Shown in pieces: positions 28,410-35,446 of a stretch of DNA of 64,000 nucleotides. This stretch comes from a virus (lineage: Duplodnaviria; Caudoviricetes), in IMG/VR virus record IMGVR_UViG_3300042139_000023; one strand, 5' to 3'. The notes under the pieces are model-generated. The model did not search any database. It was not told the DNA's origin and was given only the letters and a program-made list of their open reading frames with translations. A program made the translations under genes and the position numbers. Each line of letters opens with the position of its first letter. Position 1 is the first letter of the stretch.

Positions 28410-28904
28410 GTGTCTCTGACCACCGCAGTGCGGTCCATCTTCCGCAACGCATCCAAGGACTTCCCCGGCGCCAGCGAAGCCGACATCGCCGTCTACGCGA
28501 AGCTCGTCTTCGAGGCCGCCGCGACCAACCTGAAGAGCACCTACAAGGACGCCGAGGCCATCGCCTCCGCGAACGCCGAGCTGGCCGAGGCCGCCGAGCG
28601 CGGCGAGTCGTGGGCCGTGAACCTGCGCGACTCCGTCCTGGTGAACGTCGTCAAGCCGATCGTCGACAAGGCCACCGAGAAGGGCGTGGACCCCGTCCCG
28701 GCCCTCGTGCTCCAGGCCGACGTCACCGAGGAGCAGGCCCGCGAGTACGTCGCCGCCCTGGAGAACCGCTCCACCGACGCGGACTCCGCCGTCGACACCG
28801 ACGAGGACGAGGGCGGCGAGTCGTCCGACTCGGACGACTCGGACGAGGGCGACTCCACCGCCTCCGTCAGCTACGGCTACGGCAACCCCGTCGCCTCGGC
28901 CTGA
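28410..28904 (+). CDS. hypothetical protein with acidic C-terminal tail
   Basis: GAGGA RBS; D/E/S-rich C-terminus. Confidence 0.8.
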   Translation: MSLTTAVRSIFRNASKDFPGASEADIAVYAKLVFEAAATNLKSTYKDAEAIASANAELAEAAERGESWAVNLRDSVLVNVVKPIVDKATEKGVDPVPALVLQADVTEEQAREYVAALENRSTDADSAVDTDEDEGGESSDSDDSDEGDSTASVSYGYGNPVASA

Positions 28905-28987
28905 CCGAGCAGCACACCCCGAGAAGGCCGGACCTGGCGATCGACCAGGTCCGGCCTTCGCCGTTGAAGGAGAGGAAGAAGGAAACG

Positions 28988-29305
28988 ATGGGTCTCTACT
29001 ACGCCGTTCCCGTGCGGCGCGAGAGCAGGACGCTGACGTACAACCCGCTCGACGGTCACTGCGCTCTGGCCATCACGCCGATGGACGCCGTGATCCAGCT
29101 CGGCATGCCCAAGGCGGGCACGATGATCGCCGTGTGGCCGCTCACCCGGAAGGTCACCCTGGAGGAGGCCGGGCAGGCGTGCTCGCTCATGGCGCCGCTC
29201 AGGATCTTCATCATCGTCGACCAGGAGGAGGGCGTGATGTTCCCGCTCGGCCTGGACCCGGCGCTCGACGCGGTCATGGAGGTGCCCCATGCTGGTCGCG
29301 ACTGA
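28988..29305 (+). CDS. hypothetical protein
   Basis: ATG after AAGGA; overlaps ATPase start. Confidence 0.7.
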   Translation: MGLYYAVPVRRESRTLTYNPLDGHCALAITPMDAVIQLGMPKAGTMIAVWPLTRKVTLEEAGQACSLMAPLRIFIIVDQEEGVMFPLGLDPALDAVMEVPHAGRD

Positions 29306-30590
29306 GGAGGAACTGCGCCTCCTGGACCTCCTCACGCCCGAGTACTGGGACCCCCAGGCCAAGGCGCGGGGTCTGCGCGGCGTGAATCTGGACTCCGCCA
29401 AGCTGACCGAGTCCGGGGTCGTCGCCGTCCTCAAGCTCGACGGACGCGACATGATCAAGGAGCTGCGGGCTAAGCACCAGGCCATACGCGCCATGCTTGA
29501 CGTGCTCGACGAGCACCTGAGCGACCTCTCCCCCGGCGGCCGGTCCTCGAAGGTGCTGTTCGCGGTGCGCACCCGGTACATCACCGACGAGCTGGACATG
29601 TTCTGGCACCCCGACATCACCACGCTCGGCCTCGACACCGTCACGGGCGAAGAGGTCGACGTTCCGCGCAACGAGCGCCTGCTGGTCGGCGGCGCCTCGG
29701 GATCCGGCAAGAGCTGGTCCACGCGTGCCCTGATGGCCCGCGCCGTCGTCCACCCCGACGAGGAGCTGGGCGGATTCATCGACGGGAAGGGGGAAGAGGC
29801 CACGGTCTGGCGCGGCATCTGCACCTGTGCCGTGACCCACGAAGAGATCATCGAGATGATCGAGCGCGAGCACGCCCGGATGGAGGACCGGGCCGCCCAG
29901 ATGGCCAAGCTCGGGATCTCGAAGTGGGACCTGAAGCTCGGCCCGCGCAGGCTCATCCCGATCGACGAGGGCTACTCCGTCCTCCAGGCTGTGATCGACG
30001 AGGACAAGAGGCGCGGCAAGGCGCCGAAGGGTGACGAGGAGTACGCCTTCCTCGAAGGCCCCGACAAGTCCGTGATGCAGAAGCTCACCGAGCTGTCCAG
30101 CCAGGGCCGCTCGCGCGAGATCATCATCATGTGGATGACCCAGAACCCGCTCCGCTCGGGCGACGACCGGGGCATCACCTCGGGCATCCGCACGAACTTC
30201 GACTTCTCGCTCTGCCTTCGCGTCAACACCCCGCAGAACACCGACACGGTGCTCGGTCCCGGGGCGGGCGTGGAGCCGCACTTCCTCCCGCGCGGCCCGC
30301 GCTTCCGAGGGCACGGCTACCTGAACGTGCACGGCCCCAACCTCGTGCGCACCTGGACCGTCACGGACGAGATGGTGGCCCTCCTGGCGCACCCGGACCA
30401 CGGCCGTGGCAAGTACCCCCGCGATGTCGCTCTGCGGGCGCTGCGCGGCCAGCCGCAGGCCGTCTGGACCCCCGCTCTCCTCGCGACCCACACGGGCTGC
30501 GGCGTGACGCAGGCCAGCCGTTTCCTCCGGTCGTTCACCCGTGAGGGTCTGATCGTCGCGGACGGGGAGAACTTCCGGTTGGCGGTCTGA
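29289..30590 (+). CDS. FtsK/SpoIIIE-family (TraB-like) ATPase with C-terminal HTH
   Basis: Walker A GASGSGKS, IDGKG.E, Walker B IPIDEG, SQGRSREIIIMWMTQNP; C-terminal TPALLATHTGCGVTQASRFL. Confidence 0.8.
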   Translation: MLVATEEELRLLDLLTPEYWDPQAKARGLRGVNLDSAKLTESGVVAVLKLDGRDMIKELRAKHQAIRAMLDVLDEHLSDLSPGGRSSKVLFAVRTRYITDELDMFWHPDITTLGLDTVTGEEVDVPRNERLLVGGASGSGKSWSTRALMARAVVHPDEELGGFIDGKGEEATVWRGICTCAVTHEEIIEMIEREHARMEDRAAQMAKLGISKWDLKLGPRRLIPIDEGYSVLQAVIDEDKRRGKAPKGDEEYAFLEGPDKSVMQKLTELSSQGRSREIIIMWMTQNPLRSGDDRGITSGIRTNFDFSLCLRVNTPQNTDTVLGPGAGVEPHFLPRGPRFRGHGYLNVHGPNLVRTWTVTDEMVALLAHPDHGRGKYPRDVALRALRGQPQAVWTPALLATHTGCGVTQASRFLRSFTREGLIVADGENFRLAV

Positions 30591-30600
30591 CCTGGATCGG

Positions 30601-30630
30601 TTGACCTAGGCCAGCAACACCCGGTAGAGT
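30601..30630 (+). promoter_or_regulatory. sigma70/HrdB-type promoter for tRNA cluster
   Basis: TTGACC-N18-TAGAGT; GACCTAGGCC operator-like palindrome overlaps the -35. Confidence 0.75.
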
Positions 30631-30741
30631 TTCACTTAGTTCGGGAATCCGACACCCGAGCGAAACGCTCCGAACCGGTTACGGCCCGGCTCGGCGCACC
30701 GATCCACCGGAGGCGGTCCGACACGCTTCCGGATGGATCAC

Positions 30742-30815
30742 TGGCGGGTAGCTCAGTTGGTCAGAGCATCGGACTGATAATCCGAAGGTCGAGAGTTCAA
30801 GTCTCTCCCCGCCAA
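30742..30815 (+). tRNA. tRNA-Ile(GAU), CCA not encoded
   Basis: acceptor TGGCGGG/CCCGCCA, D arm GCTC/GAGC, anticodon arm TCGGA-CTGATAA-TCCGA, T arm GAGAG-TTCAAGT-CTCTC. Confidence 0.93.
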
Positions 30816-30843
30816 CTGGACCTGAATTACAGGTCCGCATTAC

Positions 30844-30939
30844 CCCCGCTCTCGGCTGTAGAAAGCTGGTGGCGGGGTGACGTACCACTGAGGATTCCGT
30901 TGGGGAGGCACCCCGGGTGGCACCCGGGCCACGGAGTCC
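30844..30939 (+). ncRNA. candidate structured RNA between tRNA genes
   Basis: CCCCGC/GCGGGG stem (30844-30877) and 9-bp GGATTCCGT/ACGGAGTCC stem enclosing GGGG-AGGCA-CCCC / CCCGGG-TGGCA-CCCGGG; no credible ORF. Confidence 0.35.
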
Positions 30940-30968
30940 GCTGCTCGGCGATTGGCAGGTCGCCGAGC

Positions 30969-31052
30969 GCCCACGTTGTGTAGCGGTCTAGCACATCGCC
31001 CCACTGGTAATTCCAGCGGGCGGAGGCGCCGGTTCAAATCCGGTCGTGGGCT
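30969..31052 (+). ncRNA. tRNA-like RNA (Glu/Asp-like body) with 18-nt hairpin-containing anticodon loop
   Basis: acceptor GCCCACG/CGTGGGC; D arm GTGT/GCAC; stem TCGCC/GGCGG; T arm GCCGG-TTCAAAT-CCGGT; loop contains CTGG/CCAG hairpin. Confidence 0.8.
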
Positions 31053-31136
31053 CTCCGGTTGGAGTGGAAGATGAATCGGACGATTCCGTGTAGAACTCCT
31101 GAAAGCGGAATCTGGGCTGGACTATTGGGTCTGGCG

Positions 31137-31254
31137 GTGCATGTGCCTGAGCGGCCTAAAGGTGCCTGCTGAAGCTCTCCCAGGAGTGGGGGCAGGCGAC
31201 CTGACGGAACTGGGATTTCCGGAGGGTCCACGGGTTCGAATCCCGTCGTGCACA
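31137..31254 (+). ncRNA. class-II tRNA-like RNA with 24-nt anticodon loop and oversized variable arm
   Basis: acceptor GTGCATG/CGTGCAC+A; D region CCTGAGCGGCCTAAAGG; stem GCCTG/CAGGC; variable arm GACC..CGGAA/TTCCG..GGTC; T arm ACGGG-TTCGAAT-CCCGT. Confidence 0.8.
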
Positions 31255-31264
31255 CGTGAACGGA

Positions 31265-31402
31265 ATGGAGAAGGAAAAGGAGAAGCCGGTCGGGCCGGTC
31301 GTTCTCCAGGAGGACGGAATCACGTTCCTCTCCGTCAAGGAGCTGGACGACTACCGCGAGCAGAAGATCCTGCTCGCCTGGCAGGAAGGTGCATATGTCT
31401 GA
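31265..31402 (+). CDS. small hypothetical protein (45 aa)
   Basis: ATG GAG AAG... open to TGA at 31402; overlaps next start. Confidence 0.45.
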   Translation: MEKEKEKPVGPVVLQEDGITFLSVKELDDYREQKILLAWQEGAYV

Positions 31403-31583
31403 CGCTGACGCCCTGGATGCCGCATCCGATGCGGTGAACTCCGGGCCCGCAGCAACGCAGTCGCACTCCATCGGCAACTACGGATCCAGCGAGCTGACTC
31501 GCACGGAGGTTCCGGACAAGCCGCAGGCCAAGATGAGCGGTGTTCCGCCGGAGCAGTGGGCCCGCCCCGTTCAGAAGCGCTGA
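31395..31583 (+). CDS. small hypothetical protein
   Basis: ATG after AGGAAGG. Confidence 0.55.
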   Translation: MSDADALDAASDAVNSGPAATQSHSIGNYGSSELTRTEVPDKPQAKMSGVPPEQWARPVQKR

Positions 31584-31601
31584 CCCTCGGAAAGGGAGAA
31601 C

Positions 31602-32351
31602 GTGACGTACACCATCGAGAAGATCCGCGAGATCGCCCCGGGCCTGGAGAAGCCCTTCCAGAAGGCGAGCTTCGCGGCGAACCAGCATGGCCTGGACGGC
31701 GAGCGGGCGGCCGTCTACCTCGTGCTCGACCGCTCCGGGTCGATGGACTGGCCGGGGCGCGGCTACTACAGCGGCGGCGCCGTCCAGTACTTCGCCGAGC
31801 GCATCCTGGGCATGGCTCCGCTCTTCGAGGACGACGGCCGGGTGCCGGTCGTGTTCTTCGACCACGAGCTGAAGGGCATGGACGAGCTGTCCCTGGAGGA
31901 CTACCAGGGCAAGATCGCCAAGGCGCACTCCAAGCTCGGCCACATGGGCGGTACGGACTACGCCGTCGCCATGGACGCCGTGGTGCAGCACTACCAGTCC
32001 ACCGGCAAGTCGGTTCCCGCCCTGGTCATCTTCCAGACCGACGGCTCGCCCAGGGACAAGAAGGCCGCCGCCCGGCGCATCTGCCAGTACGCGAACCTGC
32101 CGATCTTCTGGCAGTTCGTCGGCTTCGGCGAGGACCGCGAGTACGACTACGACGACGAGGAGGGCCTGGGCTTCCTCCAGCGCCTCGACGACATCCCGGT
32201 CCCGCAGTACCGGCCCATCGACAACTCGGACTTCTTCGCCGTCGGCCAGGACCCGACCGCGATGCGTGACGCCGAGCTGTACCGGCGCCTGATGAACGAG
32301 TTCCCGGGCTGGCTGGCCAAGGCCCGCCAGATGGGCATCGTCCGCGTCTGA
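31602..32351 (+). CDS. vWA-domain protein (TerF C-terminal vWA-like)
   Basis: VYLVLDRSGSM, GGTDYAVAM, VIFQTDG, LPIFWQFVGFG, FLQRLDD, DNSDFF. Confidence 0.85.
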   Translation: MTYTIEKIREIAPGLEKPFQKASFAANQHGLDGERAAVYLVLDRSGSMDWPGRGYYSGGAVQYFAERILGMAPLFEDDGRVPVVFFDHELKGMDELSLEDYQGKIAKAHSKLGHMGGTDYAVAMDAVVQHYQSTGKSVPALVIFQTDGSPRDKKAAARRICQYANLPIFWQFVGFGEDREYDYDDEEGLGFLQRLDDIPVPQYRPIDNSDFFAVGQDPTAMRDAELYRRLMNEFPGWLAKARQMGIVRV

Positions 32352-32360
32352 GGAGGACTC

Positions 32361-32558
32361 ATGGCCAAGCCCGCGTACGCCCGCGAGGCGGCACAGGTGA
32401 AGACGGCCCACCCGGATCTCGACGACGCCACGGCCCGGCGAGTCGCGGAGACCTACGTACAGGTCTCCCGTGACAGCGGTACGCCGCTTCCGGAGCTGCT
32501 GGCCGAGTCGGTGCGAGCCGAGAACAGCTCGGCCGCAGGCAACCAGACCGGCGCCTGA
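32361..32558 (+). CDS. small hypothetical protein
   Basis: GAGGAGG RBS. Confidence 0.65.
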   Translation: MAKPAYAREAAQVKTAHPDLDDATARRVAETYVQVSRDSGTPLPELLAESVRAENSSAAGNQTGA

Positions 32559-32619
32559 CCGCAACATCCCTTGAGGGGGCCCCGACGGGCCCCCTCTGTC
32601 GTACAGGAGATAAGTCGAC

Positions 32620-33108
32620 ATGTCGATGGCAGTTCTGTTCTACGGCTACAGCCTGGGCGTTCCCGACGACGGCGACTGGGCCATCAAGAACACGGACGAG
32701 TTCGAGCCGGACTGGCTCACCGAGTACGAGGCGGCCCTGGAGAAGGATGACGACGGCGAGGGCTACGAGTTCTACATGCGCCGCGCCCTCCTGCTGGCCT
32801 CCGGCGTCCCCGACGACCTGATCACCAGGGGCAACGCCGAGGCCACGCTGAAGGAACAGGGCCTGGAGGTCATCACCTTCGGGCACTCCAACACGCAGTT
32901 CTACGGTCTGGCACTCGCGGGCTCCGTGTACGAGGCGGACGACTGGTCGCCGAAGTGCATTGACCCGAACTTCGAGTGGAACCCGAACATCCGCATCCCG
33001 GGCGTCGACTTCCCCGACGACGGCTACCTGCACAACGGCCTGCGCGCCCTGTCGATGGAGCCCGTCCAGGAGCGGGCCTCCTGGATCATCGCCCCTCGGG
33101 AGTACTAA
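32620..33108 (+). CDS. hypothetical acidic protein
   Basis: AGGAG RBS; coding bias. Confidence 0.75.
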   Translation: MSMAVLFYGYSLGVPDDGDWAIKNTDEFEPDWLTEYEAALEKDDDGEGYEFYMRRALLLASGVPDDLITRGNAEATLKEQGLEVITFGHSNTQFYGLALAGSVYEADDWSPKCIDPNFEWNPNIRIPGVDFPDDGYLHNGLRALSMEPVQERASWIIAPREY

Positions 33109-33113
33109 AAGAC

Positions 33114-33143
33114 TTGCGATCCCCTCGCAGGATCCCGTAATGT
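33114..33143 (+). promoter_or_regulatory. sigma70-type promoter for the Y-RNA-like array
   Basis: TTGCGA-N18-TAATGT; expected +1 falls at about 33150-33151, the first base of RNA unit 1. Confidence 0.75.
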
Positions 33144-33150
33144 TTTATCT

Positions 33151-33228
33151 GCACCCCGGAGCGTTCGTGCGAACGGTTACTTCATCCTGCGAAGAGAACA
33201 CCGGGCGCCATCTTGTTGGCCGGGGCGC
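33151..33228 (+). ncRNA. Y-RNA-like unit 1 (short, no full tRNA domain)
   Basis: terminal stem GCACCCCGG/CCGGGGCGC; shared motifs CCGGAGCG, AACGGTTACTTC, ACCGGG, GTTGGCCGG. Confidence 0.65.
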
Positions 33229-33230
33229 GT

Positions 33231-33394
33231 AACAGAAGATCCAGAAGGGTTACCGGAGCGTTTTGAGAAACGGTTACTTCTTCTGGAAAAAGAAACTGAG
33301 GGCGGGTTCGAATCCCGTCGTTGCCGACGCTTGGCATAACTGGCAAACACCGGGTCTCGCCTAGTTGGCCGGTGGCTCCTCTGGATCTTCTGTT
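33231..33394 (+). ncRNA. Y-RNA-like unit 2 with permuted tRNA-like domain
   Basis: 15-bp outer stem AACAGAAGATCCAGA/TCTGGATCTTCTGTT; same four motifs; anticodon-like arm TTCTT-CTGGAAA-AAGAA, then T arm GCGGG-TTCGAAT-CCCGT, then D-loop-like TAACTGGCAAAC. Confidence 0.7.
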
Positions 33395-33399
33395 TCTCG

Positions 33400-33580
33400 G
33401 TGTGTGGGTGAGGTGCCCGGAGCGTCTTGGCAACGGTTACTTCACAGTGGAACCAAATGTTTCAGGTTCGAGTCCTGATCCGCGAGCTTGCTCGTGGATA
33501 GCTCAATTGGCAGAGCGTTGGTCGAGGAAGGTTCGAAAGAACCACCGGGGCCTATCTGTTGGCCGGGCACCCCACACATA
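33400..33580 (+). ncRNA. Y-RNA-like unit 3 (YrlA-type circularly permuted tRNA domain)
   Basis: outer stems GTGTGTGG/CCACACAT and GGTGCCCGG/CCGGGCACC; ACCAA-ATGTT-[TCAGG TTCGAGT CCTGA]-[TCCGCGAGC TT GCTCGTGGA]-TA-[GCTC AATTGGCA GAGC]-G-TTGGT. Confidence 0.8.
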
Positions 33581-33592
33581 CATCGAGACGCG

Positions 33593-33625
33593 CCCCCTGC
33601 TCCCATCCCGGGACAGGGGGTTTTT
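33593..33625 (+). terminator. intrinsic terminator between RNA array and TROVE gene
   Basis: CCCCCTG-C-TCCC/GGGA-CAGGGGG followed by TTTTT. Confidence 0.8.
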
Positions 33626-33651
33626 GCGTTTCAAGGAAAGGGAGAAGGGTC

Positions 33652-35343
33652 ATGGCAACGTTCAACAAGCCGGGCGCGAAGGCGCGCGTCACGTCCCAGG
33701 TGAAGACGACCGGCACGACCAAGACGTTCGAAGGCGCGAGCGGTTTCACGCGCAGCCCGCTGTCGGACCTCTACCTGCTCTCGGTGTCCAACCTCGTCGG
33801 CAAGGACGCGTTCTACGAGCGCGCCAGCGACCGCAACGAGCGCTACGTGGACCTCCTGCACGGCACCGCCCTGCTGGAGCAGGAGCACGTCACGGCCATG
33901 CTGCCGTGGCTGCGCACCGACGGCTACATGCGCACCACGTCGCTCCTCGCGGCGGCCGAGGTCGCCAAGACGCTCTGCGACGAGCACCGGTACAAGGGCG
34001 TCGAGGACATGGTCGACGGGGTGCTCCAGCGTGCCGACGAGCCGGGCGAGTTCATCGCCTACTGGTTCTCGATCGCGGGCAAGGCGTGGCCGAAGCGCTA
34101 CCTGCCGGTCAAGAAGGGCCTGAAGCGGGCCGTCGCACGCCTGTACACCGAGTACTCGTACAGCAAGTACGACTCGCCGCGCCGGGCCTACCGGTTCGCC
34201 GACGTGATCGACATCGTCCACCCGGCGCCGACCGCCCAGTGGCAGTCGGACCTGTTCCGGCTGATCCTCGACCGGCGCCACGGGCACAGCGGCGCGATCA
34301 CGCCGACCCTGTCGATGACGCGCAACCAGCGCGAGTGGCGCCAGGCGGCTGCGGGTGTCCCGCGCAAGGCGTCGGCCGAGTACATCTACGGGTCGGGCCT
34401 GATCGCCCCGCAGGTGCTCAAGGACGCGGGCCTCACGTGGGAGGACGTGCTGTCGGAGCTGGGCGGCAAGGTCGACAAGAAGCTGCTGTGGGAGGCGATG
34501 ATCCCGACCATGGCGCCGGGCGCGCTGATCAAGAACCTGCGCAACTTCGACGAGGCCGGTGTCTCCGACGCCTCGGCCGACGCGGTGGCGAAGGTGCTCT
34601 CGGACAGCGAGCGCGTGCGGAAGGCCCGGCTCTTCCCGTACCGCTTCCTGTCGGCGTACCGCGCCCTGTCGTCGCTGCGCTGGGGCCACACCCTGGAGCG
34701 CGGCCTGGCGGGTTCGCTGGAGCTGGTTCCGACCCTGCGGGGGAAGACCCTGATCCTCGTGGACCGCAGCCCGTCCATGTTCCCGGGCATGTGGGGTTCC
34801 ACCCCGCACAAGGGGGACATCTCGCTGGCCGACCAGGCGGCGCTCTTCGGGGCGGCGCTGGCCGTGAAGGCGCAGGACGCCAAGCTCGTCGAGTTCGGTG
34901 GCGACCAGGCGCTCGGCGGCTGGAACAGCCGGGGTGGCGGCGCCGGTTCGCGCACGGTCAACGTGCCGCGCGGGGCGAGCGTCCTGAAGATCGTCGAGAG
35001 CTTCGGCCCGTCGATCAACGGGACCGACATCCCGCGCGCCGTGAAGGACAACTTCACGAGCGAGTTCAACCGCGTCGTGATCGTCACGGACGAGCAGTCG
35101 CGGCCGGGCTGGCTCCCGTCGAACATGGGCGGGCGCACCTACGGCATGCCGGAGACGCGGATCGACGACCTGATCCCGAAGACCGTTCCGGTCTACCTGT
35201 GGAACATGGCGGGCTACGCGGGCTCCATCCTGGAGACCGGTGGCACCAACCGTCACTGCTTCGGTGGCCTCTCGGACGCGAGCTTCGGCCTGATCCAGCT
35301 TCTGGAGCAGGGCAAGAACGCGCCGTGGCCGTGGATGAAGTGA
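33652..35343 (+). CDS. rsr: Ro60/TROVE-domain RNA-binding protein with C-terminal vWA domain
   Basis: N-terminal T.TFEG..GF...P..DLYLL..SNLVGKDAFYE; YMRT..., RADEP, YSKYD, ALIKNLRNF, RLFPYRFLSAY, LILVDRSPSM (MIDAS), VIVTDEQ, LWNMAGY; ATG at 33652 after AAGGGAGAAGG. Confidence 0.9.
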   Translation: MATFNKPGAKARVTSQVKTTGTTKTFEGASGFTRSPLSDLYLLSVSNLVGKDAFYERASDRNERYVDLLHGTALLEQEHVTAMLPWLRTDGYMRTTSLLAAAEVAKTLCDEHRYKGVEDMVDGVLQRADEPGEFIAYWFSIAGKAWPKRYLPVKKGLKRAVARLYTEYSYSKYDSPRRAYRFADVIDIVHPAPTAQWQSDLFRLILDRRHGHSGAITPTLSMTRNQREWRQAAAGVPRKASAEYIYGSGLIAPQVLKDAGLTWEDVLSELGGKVDKKLLWEAMIPTMAPGALIKNLRNFDEAGVSDASADAVAKVLSDSERVRKARLFPYRFLSAYRALSSLRWGHTLERGLAGSLELVPTLRGKTLILVDRSPSMFPGMWGSTPHKGDISLADQAALFGAALAVKAQDAKLVEFGGDQALGGWNSRGGGAGSRTVNVPRGASVLKIVESFGPSINGTDIPRAVKDNFTSEFNRVVIVTDEQSRPGWLPSNMGGRTYGMPETRIDDLIPKTVPVYLWNMAGYAGSILETGGTNRHCFGGLSDASFGLIQLLEQGKNAPWPWMK

Positions 35344-35355
35344 CGTAGGGCACAG

Positions 35356-35380
35356 GACCCCCTCCTCGCCGGAGGGGGTC
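35356..35380 (+). terminator. terminator-like hairpin
   Basis: 10-bp GACCCCCTCC/GGAGGGGGTC followed by TTCGTGTTT. Confidence 0.75.
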
Positions 35381-35446
35381 TTCGTGTTTCCATGCCCCTC
35401 AACTTTCGCTAGGATTGGATAAGTTGAGGAAAGGTAGGAGAGACGG

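Noticed and set aside
30969-31254. Group I/II intron in the aberrant tRNAs
   Set aside because: Inserts are only 11 and 17 nt, far too short for self-splicing introns
30679-31477. Short ORFs overlapping the tRNA cluster (30679..30888, 30840..31037, 31141..31437, 31034..31477)
   Set aside because: Overlap structured RNA genes; no RBS or coding bias
33151-33580. CRISPR-like or plain tRNA interpretation of the repeated units
   Set aside because: Repeats are short discontinuous motifs within folded units of unequal length, not identical direct repeats with spacers; T arm precedes D arm, so these are not canonical tRNAs
33559-33651. N-terminal extension of TROVE ORF in the track
   Set aside because: Overlaps RNA unit 3 and the terminator; ATG 33652 has a strong RBS
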